Origin: Polaribacter sp.
GTDB taxonomy: Bacteria > Bacteroidota > Bacteroidia > Flavobacteriales > Flavobacteriaceae
Assembly: GCA_020740485.1 (NCBI GenBank)
Contig: DYMN01000010.1
Location: 9,974 to 73,973, forward strand
Direction of reading: 5' to 3'
DNA: 64,000 nucleotides
Shown here: positions 19,392 to 29,189 of the stretch, piece by piece
Numbering within the stretch: position 1 is the stretch's first letter
Layout: each line of letters begins with the position of its first letter
Program-made: the position numbers and the translations under genes
The notes under the pieces: generated by a model
The model's input: the letters and a program-made list of their open reading frames with translations, nothing else
Database searches by the model: none
Told to the model about the DNA's origin: nothing

Positions 19392-20585
19392 TTATCGCAC
19401 TTGACCATCGCCTTTTACAAACCATTTATTGGTGACCAAATGCTCCACTCCTAAGGGTCCTCTGTGGTGCAATTTTGTAGTACTGATGCCCATTTCTGCT
19501 CCTAATCCAAATTCTCCGCCATCTGTAAAACGAGTAGATGCATTGTGATAAACAGCCGCACAATCTACATTTTGCATAAAATTTTCGGCTAATGCTTCAT
19601 CTTCCGTAAGGATAGAAGCAGAATGCCCTCCCGAATGGGTATTGATGATTTCTATTGCCTCCTCTATACCGTCAACTTGATTTATGGTGATTTTCATTGA
19701 TAAAAACTCCTCTTTCCATAAATCTGCAGTAAATGAATGTACTTTTTGAGATAGAATCAATTGAATGTCATTATCGGCAAAAACAGTTACTTTATGTTGC
19801 AACAATTCGCTGACTAATTGGTTAATTTTTCCACTAAAATGAGGTATTTTACTGTCAACCAATATTTTATCCAAAGCATTGCAAGCACTCGTCTTTTGTG
19901 TTTTGGCATTGAGAATTATCCTAATAGCTTGTTCAAAATCGGCAGAAGGTTCTATATAAATAAAATTATTGCCTCTACCACTGACCAAGACCGGAATTTT
20001 AGTATTATTTTCCACAAAATTGATTAAACCTTCTCCACCACGCGGAATAATTAAATCTACTTTTTGAGTGGGATTCATTAGAAAAATTTGAGTTTCGGTT
20101 CTGTCTATATTTAGATATTGAATCCATTGACTGCTACAATTATTTTCAAGCAGTGCTTTTTGCCACAACGCTACCAAAATTAGATTGGTATGTATAGACT
20201 CTTTTCCGCCTTTCAGTAAGATTTTGTTTCCTGCTTTAAAAGCAATAACCGCTGCTTCAACTGTTACGTCGGGGCGAGATTCGTATATGATTAAAACGGT
20301 ACCAAAAGCTGCAGTTTGGTTGGTGATTTTCAAACCATTGGGATGGCTAAAATGATATAACTCCACACCCAATACGTCAGGCATTTGCTCAACTTGCTTC
20401 AAAGCGGCAATCATCGCTTGTATTTTCTTTTCATCCAATTTTAACCGTTCGTACAAGGCGGCATCTTCTGAGCCAAAAGCCGTGATATCTTTTTGATTTT
20501 CTAATAATATTTCCGTTTGATGCAACGCAATGAAACTACCCATAGAGGCTATAACTTGGTTGCGGGTTTGAAGTGTTAAGGTCAT
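19392..20585 (-). CDS. proA: glutamate-5-semialdehyde dehydrogenase
   Basis: ALDH-like with CNALDKILV catalytic Cys region and NASTRFTDGGEFGLGAEMGIST; 397 aa. Confidence 0.9.
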   Translation of the reverse strand: MTLTLQTRNQVIASMGSFIALHQTEILLENQKDITAFGSEDAALYERLKLDEKKIQAMIAALKQVEQMPDVLGVELYHFSHPNGLKITNQTAAFGTVLIIYESRPDVTVEAAVIAFKAGNKILLKGGKESIHTNLILVALWQKALLENNCSSQWIQYLNIDRTETQIFLMNPTQKVDLIIPRGGEGLINFVENNTKIPVLVSGRGNNFIYIEPSADFEQAIRIILNAKTQKTSACNALDKILVDSKIPHFSGKINQLVSELLQHKVTVFADNDIQLILSQKVHSFTADLWKEEFLSMKITINQVDGIEEAIEIINTHSGGHSASILTEDEALAENFMQNVDCAAVYHNASTRFTDGGEFGLGAEMGISTTKLHHRGPLGVEHLVTNKWFVKGDGQVR

Positions 20586-20593
20586 TTTTTAAT

Positions 20594-20765
20594 GTGCCAA
20601 TTTGAAAAATTGAAAAATTGAAAATTTGAAAATTTGAAAATGTGCTAATGCGATGCACTGAGCCTGCCTGCACTGAGCTTGTCGATTCCGATAGTTATCG
20701 GAAGTCGAAGTGTGCTAATTTGAAAATTTGAAAATGTGCTAATTGAGACTAAGTTTGCCAAACTT
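20594..20765. repeat. mosaic intergenic element (octamer arrays + core with two nested insertions + palindrome)
   Basis: Seven octamers 20594..20649, core 20650..20711, four octamers 20712..20743, and palindrome aagtttgccaaactt 20751..20765. Confidence 0.85.
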
Positions 20766-20864
20766 CTACTTCTATTCTTTTGTAATGTATGATTTTGTAT
20801 TGTTGTATTGTTTTATTCTTTCTAAAAGAATAAAACAAACTTGTATTAGGCTTTTATCAAATTT

Positions 20865-22439
20865 TCATTCAAATATCACCGAATTATACGCTCCCAAATC
20901 GGCGGGATTGGGTCTGGTTTTTCCTAAAATATCGCTTTGAATCAACTCGGTTCCATTGCTCCACACAGCTTTTCCTATTCCGGCTGAATTATTTCCTACC
21001 CACATTTTATTAACATTTACAAACTCATTTTTAAAATCCGGATTTTGATTGAATAAATTACCTACAAAATGAGTGGCATCATTGAAGTTGTACAGCGGAT
21101 TATTGGTATAATTATTCCCCACATCATTGAATCGGATGAGATTATTAGTAAACAAGTAATTAAAATTGCCAGCATCAACTTTTTCCAATTTCATCTCTAT
21201 ATTGTTGCTGCCGTAGATAATGCAATTGGTAAAATCGGCTTTATTTAGGTTAAAAGGATAGTAGATTTCATTTTTGTCTTTGTAAAAATTATTGAGATAA
21301 ACCGTTGGAAAACTGCGTGTTCCACTCCAATAGTTGGCAAAAGTGCAATGCGTAAAATCGTAAACACCGCCTTGTAATCCCACAAAAGCACTTGACCCAA
21401 AGTTGTTAAACACTAAATTCATCCCTTTAATATTGGAATGAATAGCATACAATCCATAGACTGAATGATTGTAAAATTGAGAATTTTTAATTTCCAGAAC
21501 AGGCGTGTTTTCATCAGTATATCCATCCACCAACAAACCAACACTACCATTTTTAATAGTAGCATAATTGATAATATTGTTTTTGCTACTGATTATTTGA
21601 TTTCCCTTAGTAGTACTCCTAAACCAAATTACACCCCATTGTCCTGCCGTATTTTCAAAGTAAGGTTCCAAGCGGTCACCCTGTATTGTAACTTCGGTTT
21701 CAGGTTGTCCTTCTATATTCAAACTTCCGTTAATATGTAAACTCGAAAAAGGATTGATAATCAAACCGGAATTAGCGTGAAAATGCACTTTGGCTCCGGG
21801 TTGAATGGTTAATGTTTTGGGATTATTGGGGTCATTATTATAAGTACCAACAGCTGCATAACCATAAATAACATAAGGTTTTTCGTTTGTAAATGTTAAT
21901 AAAGAGTCCTCAATATAAAATCCTTTTATTTCTGTTTGTATAGAATCTAACATCAATGTCTCAATAAACCCATTTTCATTTTTATTTGGATAGAGAAAAA
22001 TTGCATCCTGCACCAAGGTTACCAAATTGACTTTCTGTTCATTAATTCCGGTGTCAAATAAAATTTCATCTATATAAATTGGACTAGGAATCGAGTCAAT
22101 ATTTTCCGTTGTTTCTATAAAAACAAAGATGCTGTCTTGGGCTAAAATATCAATATTTTCAAAGGATTTACCGGCTAATCCGTCCACGTTTAATCGGTAA
22201 CCCGAATTATTTCCACGTCCCAATTTTATGGAAGGAATAGTAATCGCTTTCTTGCTTCTATTGTAAACTTTTAACCTATAAGTACTTGACCCTATATTGG
22301 TAAAAACCGTATCGAGATAGACCGTGTCTTTTGAAAATTCTAACTGCCCTTGCGATAATTCCGTACTGAAATCCATCCGACAAGAAGCGAGGGAAATTCC
22401 CAAAACAACCATTAAAAAAAATGTAATATTTCTAAACAT
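20865..22439 (-). CDS. lipoprotein with predicted right-handed beta-helix repeats
   Basis: Lipobox LGISLASC and repeated N/G-rich PbH1-like segments (IKNSQFYNHSVYGLYA..., FTHCTFANYW, FTNCIIYGSNN); 524 aa. Confidence 0.5.
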   Translation of the reverse strand: MFRNITFFLMVVLGISLASCRMDFSTELSQGQLEFSKDTVYLDTVFTNIGSSTYRLKVYNRSKKAITIPSIKLGRGNNSGYRLNVDGLAGKSFENIDILAQDSIFVFIETTENIDSIPSPIYIDEILFDTGINEQKVNLVTLVQDAIFLYPNKNENGFIETLMLDSIQTEIKGFYIEDSLLTFTNEKPYVIYGYAAVGTYNNDPNNPKTLTIQPGAKVHFHANSGLIINPFSSLHINGSLNIEGQPETEVTIQGDRLEPYFENTAGQWGVIWFRSTTKGNQIISSKNNIINYATIKNGSVGLLVDGYTDENTPVLEIKNSQFYNHSVYGLYAIHSNIKGMNLVFNNFGSSAFVGLQGGVYDFTHCTFANYWSGTRSFPTVYLNNFYKDKNEIYYPFNLNKADFTNCIIYGSNNIEMKLEKVDAGNFNYLFTNNLIRFNDVGNNYTNNPLYNFNDATHFVGNLFNQNPDFKNEFVNVNKMWVGNNSAGIGKAVWSNGTELIQSDILGKTRPNPADLGAYNSVIFE

Positions 22440-22700
22440 AATGTGTTTAATTACGAATTACGTCCCGAAACCTCGCCTTGCGTGGCAGGTCTTTCGGGAT
22501 ACGAATTACAATATACAAATTACAATATACAAATTACGATTTACGTCCCGAAACCACGCTCACGTCAAGTTGAAAATCACGCATTGAGCGTAATTTTCAA
22601 TCCGATAGCTATCAGATTGCGGGTTCCGATAATTATCGGAATCACTACGTTCAGCCTAATAATCAATAACCAAATAATCAATAATCAACTAAAAACGCAA
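22440..22700. repeat. BIME-like mosaic of hairpins and word repeats
   Basis: aattacgaattacg words; hairpins 22463..22499, 22555..22592 and 22624..22641 (ttccgataattatcggaa), plus an imperfect one at 22599..22618; aataatcaat words 22656..22692. Confidence 0.8.
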
Positions 22701-22775
22701 TATTAAGAAAAATGTTGCAAAAAAAGGCGTTACGTAATTCACTATCTAATCTTTTTGTTTTTTTCACAAAATTAC

Positions 22776-22873
22776 ATACCTTATATGGTATATTATTAAG
22801 AATATTGCTATATAATACCCCATAAAGGGTATAATATGTATGGTTTTGTATAAAAATATACCATAAATGGTAT
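22776..22873 (+). promoter_or_regulatory. three palindromic operator-like sites upstream of hipB
   Basis: atacc-ttatat-ggtat (22776..22791), ataccc-cataaa-gggtat (22815..22832) and atacca-taaa-tggtat (22858..22873). The centres are 40 and 42 bp apart. Confidence 0.6.
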
Positions 22874-22891
22874 TAAATATCAAATATTTAG

Positions 22892-22899
22892 TATATTTG
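22892..22899 (+). promoter_or_regulatory. candidate -7 box (tatatttg) of the hip operon
   Basis: Exact TAnnTTTG match 20 nt upstream of the hipB ATG. Confidence 0.5.
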
Positions 22900-22918
22900 C
22901 ATTTTAAAAGGTATAAAT

Positions 22919-23146
22919 ATGCGAGAAAATCTAACTGATTTAAGTAAACACATCAAATTGAAACGCAAGCAAAACCGACTCACACAACCCGAGTTAGCAT
23001 TGAAAGCCGGCGTTGGTTTACGCTTTGTGCGAGATTTGGAACAAGGTAAAAGCACTTTACGAATGGATAAAGTCAACGATGTATTAAGACTATTTGGAGA
23101 AACATTGGGACCAATTCCATTGGACAGAGCGTTACTCATTAAATAA
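22919..23146 (+). CDS. hipB: XRE-family HTH protein, HipB-like
   Basis: LTQPELALKAGVGLRFVRDLEQGK helix-turn-helix; 75 aa; first gene of the hip cassette. Confidence 0.8.
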   Translation: MRENLTDLSKHIKLKRKQNRLTQPELALKAGVGLRFVRDLEQGKSTLRMDKVNDVLRLFGETLGPIPLDRALLIK

Positions 23147-23157
23147 AATAGTATAAG

Positions 23158-23484
23158 ATGAATAGAAGCGGAAATGTATATATTAAGCAACTTTTTTGTG
23201 GTGTAATCCGTGAAAACGAAAACGGTTATTCTTTTCAATATGATAGAAGCTATCTCCATAATGATTTTGCACATGCGGTAAGTTTGACCCTGCCCCTTAA
23301 AGAAACGTCCTACGAAAGTAAAACCTTGTTCGCTTTTTTTGATGGTTTGATACCGGAAGGATGGCTATTGAACTTGGCTGAAAAAAATTGGAAAATAAGC
23401 CATAACGACAGAATGGGATTACTTCTCACCTGTTGTAAAGACTGTATAGGAGACATCAGTATTATTAGAAATGAAGAATTATAA
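23158..23484 (+). CDS. hipS: HipA N-terminal-subdomain protein, HipS-like (putative antitoxin)
   Basis: 108 aa that can be aligned by eye to the first ~110 residues of HipA (SLTLPL...FFDGLIPEGW...IGDISI). It overlaps the kinase gene by 14 nt. Confidence 0.7.
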   Translation: MNRSGNVYIKQLFCGVIRENENGYSFQYDRSYLHNDFAHAVSLTLPLKETSYESKTLFAFFDGLIPEGWLLNLAEKNWKISHNDRMGLLLTCCKDCIGDISIIRNEEL

Positions 23485-24490
23485 AAAAAAATATTTAGCA
23501 AAAACCAATCTGCCGGATGAAGCGCAAGAAAAAAGCACGCATAACGGTAAAAGATGTTTGTATTGTTACGAACCACTTTTTGACCCGCATTCCGATTTTC
23601 ACGAAGCGTGTAACAAACGATTTTTTGGGCAATTAAAAACGCCTCAACTCGCTTACGATTTAAATGAATTACAAGCATTGGCAACGCAAGTAATACAAAG
23701 TCAAATGGCTGTTACCGGCGTTCAAGCAAAAGTTTCATTGAGTTTACACAGAAAAGATGAAAAAAATTTGACCAAAAAACTTACCATAGTAGGTCTTTAT
23801 GGAGATTACATACTAAAACCTCCTTCGGAACATTACGAGCAATTGCCCGAATTGGAAAGTGCCACCATGCACATGGCAGCTGTTTGTGGGATAAATGTGG
23901 TACCACACAGCTTGGTTAGGCTTCAAGACCAAACGCTTTGCTACATCACAAAACGGGTGGATAGAACCCGAAAAGGAAAACTTCACATGGAAGATATGTG
24001 TCAACTCAGTGAGCGATTAACCGAAGATAAATACAAAGGCAGTCATGAGCAAGTGGCAAAATTAGTTTTGAAATATGCCTCAAATCCACTTTTGGATGTC
24101 AGTAATTTTTATGAGCAAGTTTTGTTTAGTTTTTTCACTGGAAATGCGGATATGCATTTGAAAAATTTTTCACTTTTAGAAATAGAAGTACAAGGCATGA
24201 GCTTGAGCCCGGCTTACGATTTAGTACCTACCGCATTGGTTAATCCTGATGATACGGAAGAGTTAGCTCTTACACTCAATGGTAAAAAAAGAAAATTAAA
24301 ATATGATGATTTTTTAGCAGCGTATGAAAATTGTGGTTTGAGCAAAAAGGTTTTAGATCATACTTTGGAGCTATTTGTGTATGCTCAACCTGAAATGGAA
24401 GCTGTTTTAGAAAAAAGTTTTGTGAGTGATGCGTTTAAAATGAAATATAAAGCATTGATGCAACGAAGATATGATCAGTTGGGATTATAA
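23471..24490 (+). CDS. hipT: HipA-family Ser/Thr kinase lacking the N-subdomain, HipT-like toxin
   Basis: Gly-rich loop MAVTGVQAKVSL, catalytic loop GNADMHLKNFS and Mg-binding SPAYDLV; 339 aa. The N-terminus carries CLYC...HEAC. Confidence 0.8.
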   Translation: MKNYKKKYLAKTNLPDEAQEKSTHNGKRCLYCYEPLFDPHSDFHEACNKRFFGQLKTPQLAYDLNELQALATQVIQSQMAVTGVQAKVSLSLHRKDEKNLTKKLTIVGLYGDYILKPPSEHYEQLPELESATMHMAAVCGINVVPHSLVRLQDQTLCYITKRVDRTRKGKLHMEDMCQLSERLTEDKYKGSHEQVAKLVLKYASNPLLDVSNFYEQVLFSFFTGNADMHLKNFSLLEIEVQGMSLSPAYDLVPTALVNPDDTEELALTLNGKKRKLKYDDFLAAYENCGLSKKVLDHTLELFVYAQPEMEAVLEKSFVSDAFKMKYKALMQRRYDQLGL

Positions 24491-24602
24491 ATTTGATAAT
24501 TTTAAAAAGTAAACGAATAGCTGCTTAGTACGTCTGAAATAAGGCAACAGGCAGTTGGGTAGAAGGCTAAAGAAAGTTGGAAGTTAGAATTTGGCATAGC
24601 TG

Positions 24603-24680
24603 CACATTAGCAAATTTTCAAATCGAAGTGCAACGAAGATCCCGCAAAGTTGAAAATCACGCATTGGCGTGAGCGGGATT
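24603..24680. repeat. mosaic element with 62-bp structured core
   Basis: 24619..24680 is the exact reverse complement of 37671..37732. It folds as outer stem atcccgc/gcgggat, an 11-nt bulge, inner stem tcacgc/gcgtga and loop attg. Confidence 0.9.
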
Positions 24681-24756
24681 ATCAAATTTCCAAATTAATT
24701 GTTAATAACTTCTCGTTTTCACACCCTAAAAACTCCAAAAAAAACAAGCATTTTCT

Positions 24757-24764
24757 TATCTTTG
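24757..24764 (+). promoter_or_regulatory. candidate -7 box (tatctttg) of gyrB
   Basis: Exact TAnnTTTG match 39 nt upstream of the ATG. Confidence 0.5.
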
Positions 24765-24799
24765 CAAATTACTAAAATCTCAATAAAAACAAGCGTTAG

Positions 24800-26743
<1,944 letters not shown>

Positions 26744-26819
26744 AAAAACACTTTCAATTTTTATTATATAAATTGGAATTCATCTGAAATTTTTATTTTT
26801 TTTTAGGTGTTTTAGTGAA

Positions 26820-26861
26820 AAAACCACAAAATCTATTGTTAAGATTTTGTGGTTTTTTTTT
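26820..26861 (+). terminator. intrinsic terminator after gyrB
   Basis: aaaaccacaaaatc-loop-gattttgtggtttt followed by a T-run. Confidence 0.8.
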
Positions 26862-26896
26862 AGATTTTTTTATTTCTTTTTCTTCCAAAAGTTTGT

Positions 26897-26904
26897 TATC
26901 TTTG
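26897..26904 (+). promoter_or_regulatory. candidate -7 box (tatctttg)
   Basis: Exact TAnnTTTG match 34 nt upstream of the ATG at 26938. Confidence 0.5.
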
Positions 26905-26937
26905 CTTATATCAAAAACTTAAATCCACAATATAGTA

Positions 26938-27957
26938 ATGAAAACATTTCGCACTTTAATTATTCTTGGGTTCTTTCTTTCTTTCTTTCCCGTTAATGCT
27001 CAGATAGAAGAAATTTTTTCAGCGCGTGATGACGCCCAAACCTATTTAAATCACTATATGAGCCCGGTAATGGACGGATTGATGTACAATTTAAACAACG
27101 GTTGGTACACCACCGGAAAAACCCATAGCAAATGGGGTTTCGATCTTACTATTACTGCTTCTATTGCTATGATTCCCGATGAAGATAAGAGTTTTGTATT
27201 CAATGCGGCGGAATATAATTATTTAACACTTAACGGAACCAATAACATTTTACCCACTGTAGCCGGAGGAGAAACTTTAGCCACATTAACTGCTACTAAA
27301 GATGGTGAGAGTATAGATTTTGATGCCTTAAACGGATTAGGTGAAGATTGGCCTAAAGACTTTTTTATCCCTGTTTCTGTGCCTACCCCGATGGTGCAAG
27401 TAGGCTTAGGCTTGCCTTCAAAAACAGATGTAAAACTTAGATATGTCCCAAACGCTACTTATAAAGAGTTAGAATATGGATTAATGGGTGTCGGAATTCA
27501 ACATGATTTAACACAACATTTTAAATTTTTGGAAAGCATCCCTACGTTTCATTTATCAGCATTAGCAGCATTTACAAATACCCGTCTCAATTATACCCCC
27601 ACAAATTCAAAAGTAGAAGGCGAAAATCAGCATTTGGAAATGGGTATAAACGCTTATACCCTACAATTGATTGGGGATATTAATTTGAAATTAGTAAATT
27701 TTTATCTTGGATTAGGCATTACTAACGGAAAAACTACATTGAATGCTTTAGGAACTTATAAATTTGATTTTGATGGAAATAATTCCTACGACACGAATGA
27801 AATCATAGTAGATCCGTTGAAAATGAATTTTGCTATTAATGGGGTAAGAACTACTGCAGGCATGCGCTTAAACTTAGGTCCCGTAAAATTATTTGCCGAT
27901 TATACCTTGCAAAAATATCCATCCGTAGCCGCCGGATTAGCTTTAAGTGTACGTTAA
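26938..27957 (+). CDS. exported protein, probable outer-membrane beta-barrel
   Basis: Signal peptide ending VNAQ with beta-strand-rich, Gly/aromatic alternation; 339 aa. I do not recognise a named family. Confidence 0.4.
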   Translation: MKTFRTLIILGFFLSFFPVNAQIEEIFSARDDAQTYLNHYMSPVMDGLMYNLNNGWYTTGKTHSKWGFDLTITASIAMIPDEDKSFVFNAAEYNYLTLNGTNNILPTVAGGETLATLTATKDGESIDFDALNGLGEDWPKDFFIPVSVPTPMVQVGLGLPSKTDVKLRYVPNATYKELEYGLMGVGIQHDLTQHFKFLESIPTFHLSALAAFTNTRLNYTPTNSKVEGENQHLEMGINAYTLQLIGDINLKLVNFYLGLGITNGKTTLNALGTYKFDFDGNNSYDTNEIIVDPLKMNFAINGVRTTAGMRLNLGPVKLFADYTLQKYPSVAAGLALSVR

Positions 27958-28026
27958 TTTTTTGATAAAATTAAAATAATTGTTACAAAATGATATTTAT
28001 CAATTTTTCCCTTCAAACGATTTCGC

Positions 28027-28034
28027 TATATTTG
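28027..28034 (+). promoter_or_regulatory. candidate -7 box (tatatttg) of mdh
   Basis: Exact TAnnTTTG match 41 nt upstream of the ATG. Confidence 0.5.
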
Positions 28035-28074
28035 TAACATTATAAATTTTATCAACAATCATAATACATATCAT

Positions 28075-29010
28075 ATGAAAGTAACCGTAGTAGGAGCAGG
28101 AAACGTTGGCGCAACTTGCGCAGATGTTCTTGCCAGAAACGAAGTAGCCAATCAAGTAGTATTGGTGGACATCAAAGAAAATTTTGCCGAAGGAAAAGCA
28201 TTGGATATTTGGCAAGCCGCCGCTATCAACAATTTTGATTCACGCGTAATAGGTACAACGAATGATTATACCAAAACCGCAGGTTCGGAAGTAGTGGTCA
28301 TCACATCAGGATTACCAAGAAAACCCGGTATGTCACGCGATGATTTAATTTCTACCAACGCTAATATCGTAAAATCAGTTACCGAGCAAATTGTAAAATA
28401 TTCACCCGATGCTATCATCATCATCGTATCCAATCCATTGGACGTAATGACGTATGCAGCTTATTTAACAGCAAAAAAACCGGCTACCAAAGTTTTTGGA
28501 ATGGCAGGAATTTTAGATACCGCTCGTTACAAAGCATTTTTGGCTACAGAATTGGATTGTTCGCCTAAAGATATCCAAGCAGTATTGATGGGTGGTCACG
28601 GCGATACTATGGTGCCACTTCCACGTTATACTACTGTTGGTGGAATTCCGGTGACTGAGTTAATCGCAAAAGAAAAACTCGATGCCATTGTAGATCGTAC
28701 CAAAAAAGGTGGTGGCGAAATAGTAAACCTATTGGGAACTTCCGCTTGGTATGCTCCAGGAGCAGCAGCTGCTCAAATGGTAGAAGCCATCGTAAAAGAT
28801 CAAAAAAGAGTTTTCCCTGTATGCGCAATGCTCAACGGCGAATATGGCATGAAAAACATCGCTATGGGTGTACCGGTAAAATTAGGTAAAAACGGTATCG
28901 AAGAAATCATTGAGCTTAAACTCAATGAAACTGAAATGAATCTTCTTAAAGAATCTGAAGTTCATGTAAAAACTGTAATGGATGTGTTGGATGGAATGAA
29001 ATTATTCTAA
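28075..29010 (+). CDS. mdh: malate dehydrogenase (LDH-like type)
   Basis: MKVTVVGAGNVGA Rossmann start, GLPRKPGMSRDDL and GGHGDTMVPL; 311 aa. Confidence 0.93.
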   Translation: MKVTVVGAGNVGATCADVLARNEVANQVVLVDIKENFAEGKALDIWQAAAINNFDSRVIGTTNDYTKTAGSEVVVITSGLPRKPGMSRDDLISTNANIVKSVTEQIVKYSPDAIIIIVSNPLDVMTYAAYLTAKKPATKVFGMAGILDTARYKAFLATELDCSPKDIQAVLMGGHGDTMVPLPRYTTVGGIPVTELIAKEKLDAIVDRTKKGGGEIVNLLGTSAWYAPGAAAAQMVEAIVKDQKRVFPVCAMLNGEYGMKNIAMGVPVKLGKNGIEEIIELKLNETEMNLLKESEVHVKTVMDVLDGMKLF

Positions 29011-29031
29011 AATCCACTAATCTGTTATTTT

Positions 29032-29094
29032 TCGCAAAAACGCCAAAACTCCGTACTTATAAATTAGTTTGGTTGGTGTTTTTGCGATTTTTTA
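29032..29094 (+). terminator. intrinsic terminator after mdh
   Basis: tcgcaaaaacgcc ... ggtgtttttgcga long hairpin followed by T7. Confidence 0.7.
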
Positions 29095-29189
29095 TTCATT
29101 TAACCTTAAAGTTATTATGGGATATGTTCTTAGAGGTTCCCTTTTTTTGTAAGAAACTATACCTTTAACAAATAGTAAATACTCGAAAT

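Noticed and set aside
16771-20765. Tandem short repeats as a possible CRISPR array.
   Set aside because: The units are 8 nt, degenerate and contiguous with no unique spacers, and there are no cas genes. They are better described as octamer word arrays.
20743-20940. ORF 20743..20940 (+).
   Set aside because: It starts inside the repeat mosaic and runs antisense into the 3' end of the lipoprotein gene. I see no coding signal.
22324-22706. ORFs 22324..22587 and 22443..22706 (+) across the hairpin mosaic.
   Set aside because: Their translations simply read through repeat words and hairpins (YELQYTNYNIQITIY...). This is repeat-derived, not coding.
22888-23274. ORF 22888..23274 (-) overlapping hipB and hipS.
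   Set aside because: It is antisense to two ORFs that have clear HTH and HipA-N features.
23471-23491. hipS/hipT as a frameshifted hipA pseudogene, with an A9 tract at 23483..23491 at the junction and a combined length of about 440 aa like HipA.
   Set aside because: Both ORFs are intact. The kinase ORF has its own ATG and an N-terminal mini-domain that is absent from the middle of canonical HipA. The hipS stop precedes the A-run, so slippage there would not fuse the frames. The organisation matches the known HipBST type. This is not fully excluded without comparative data.
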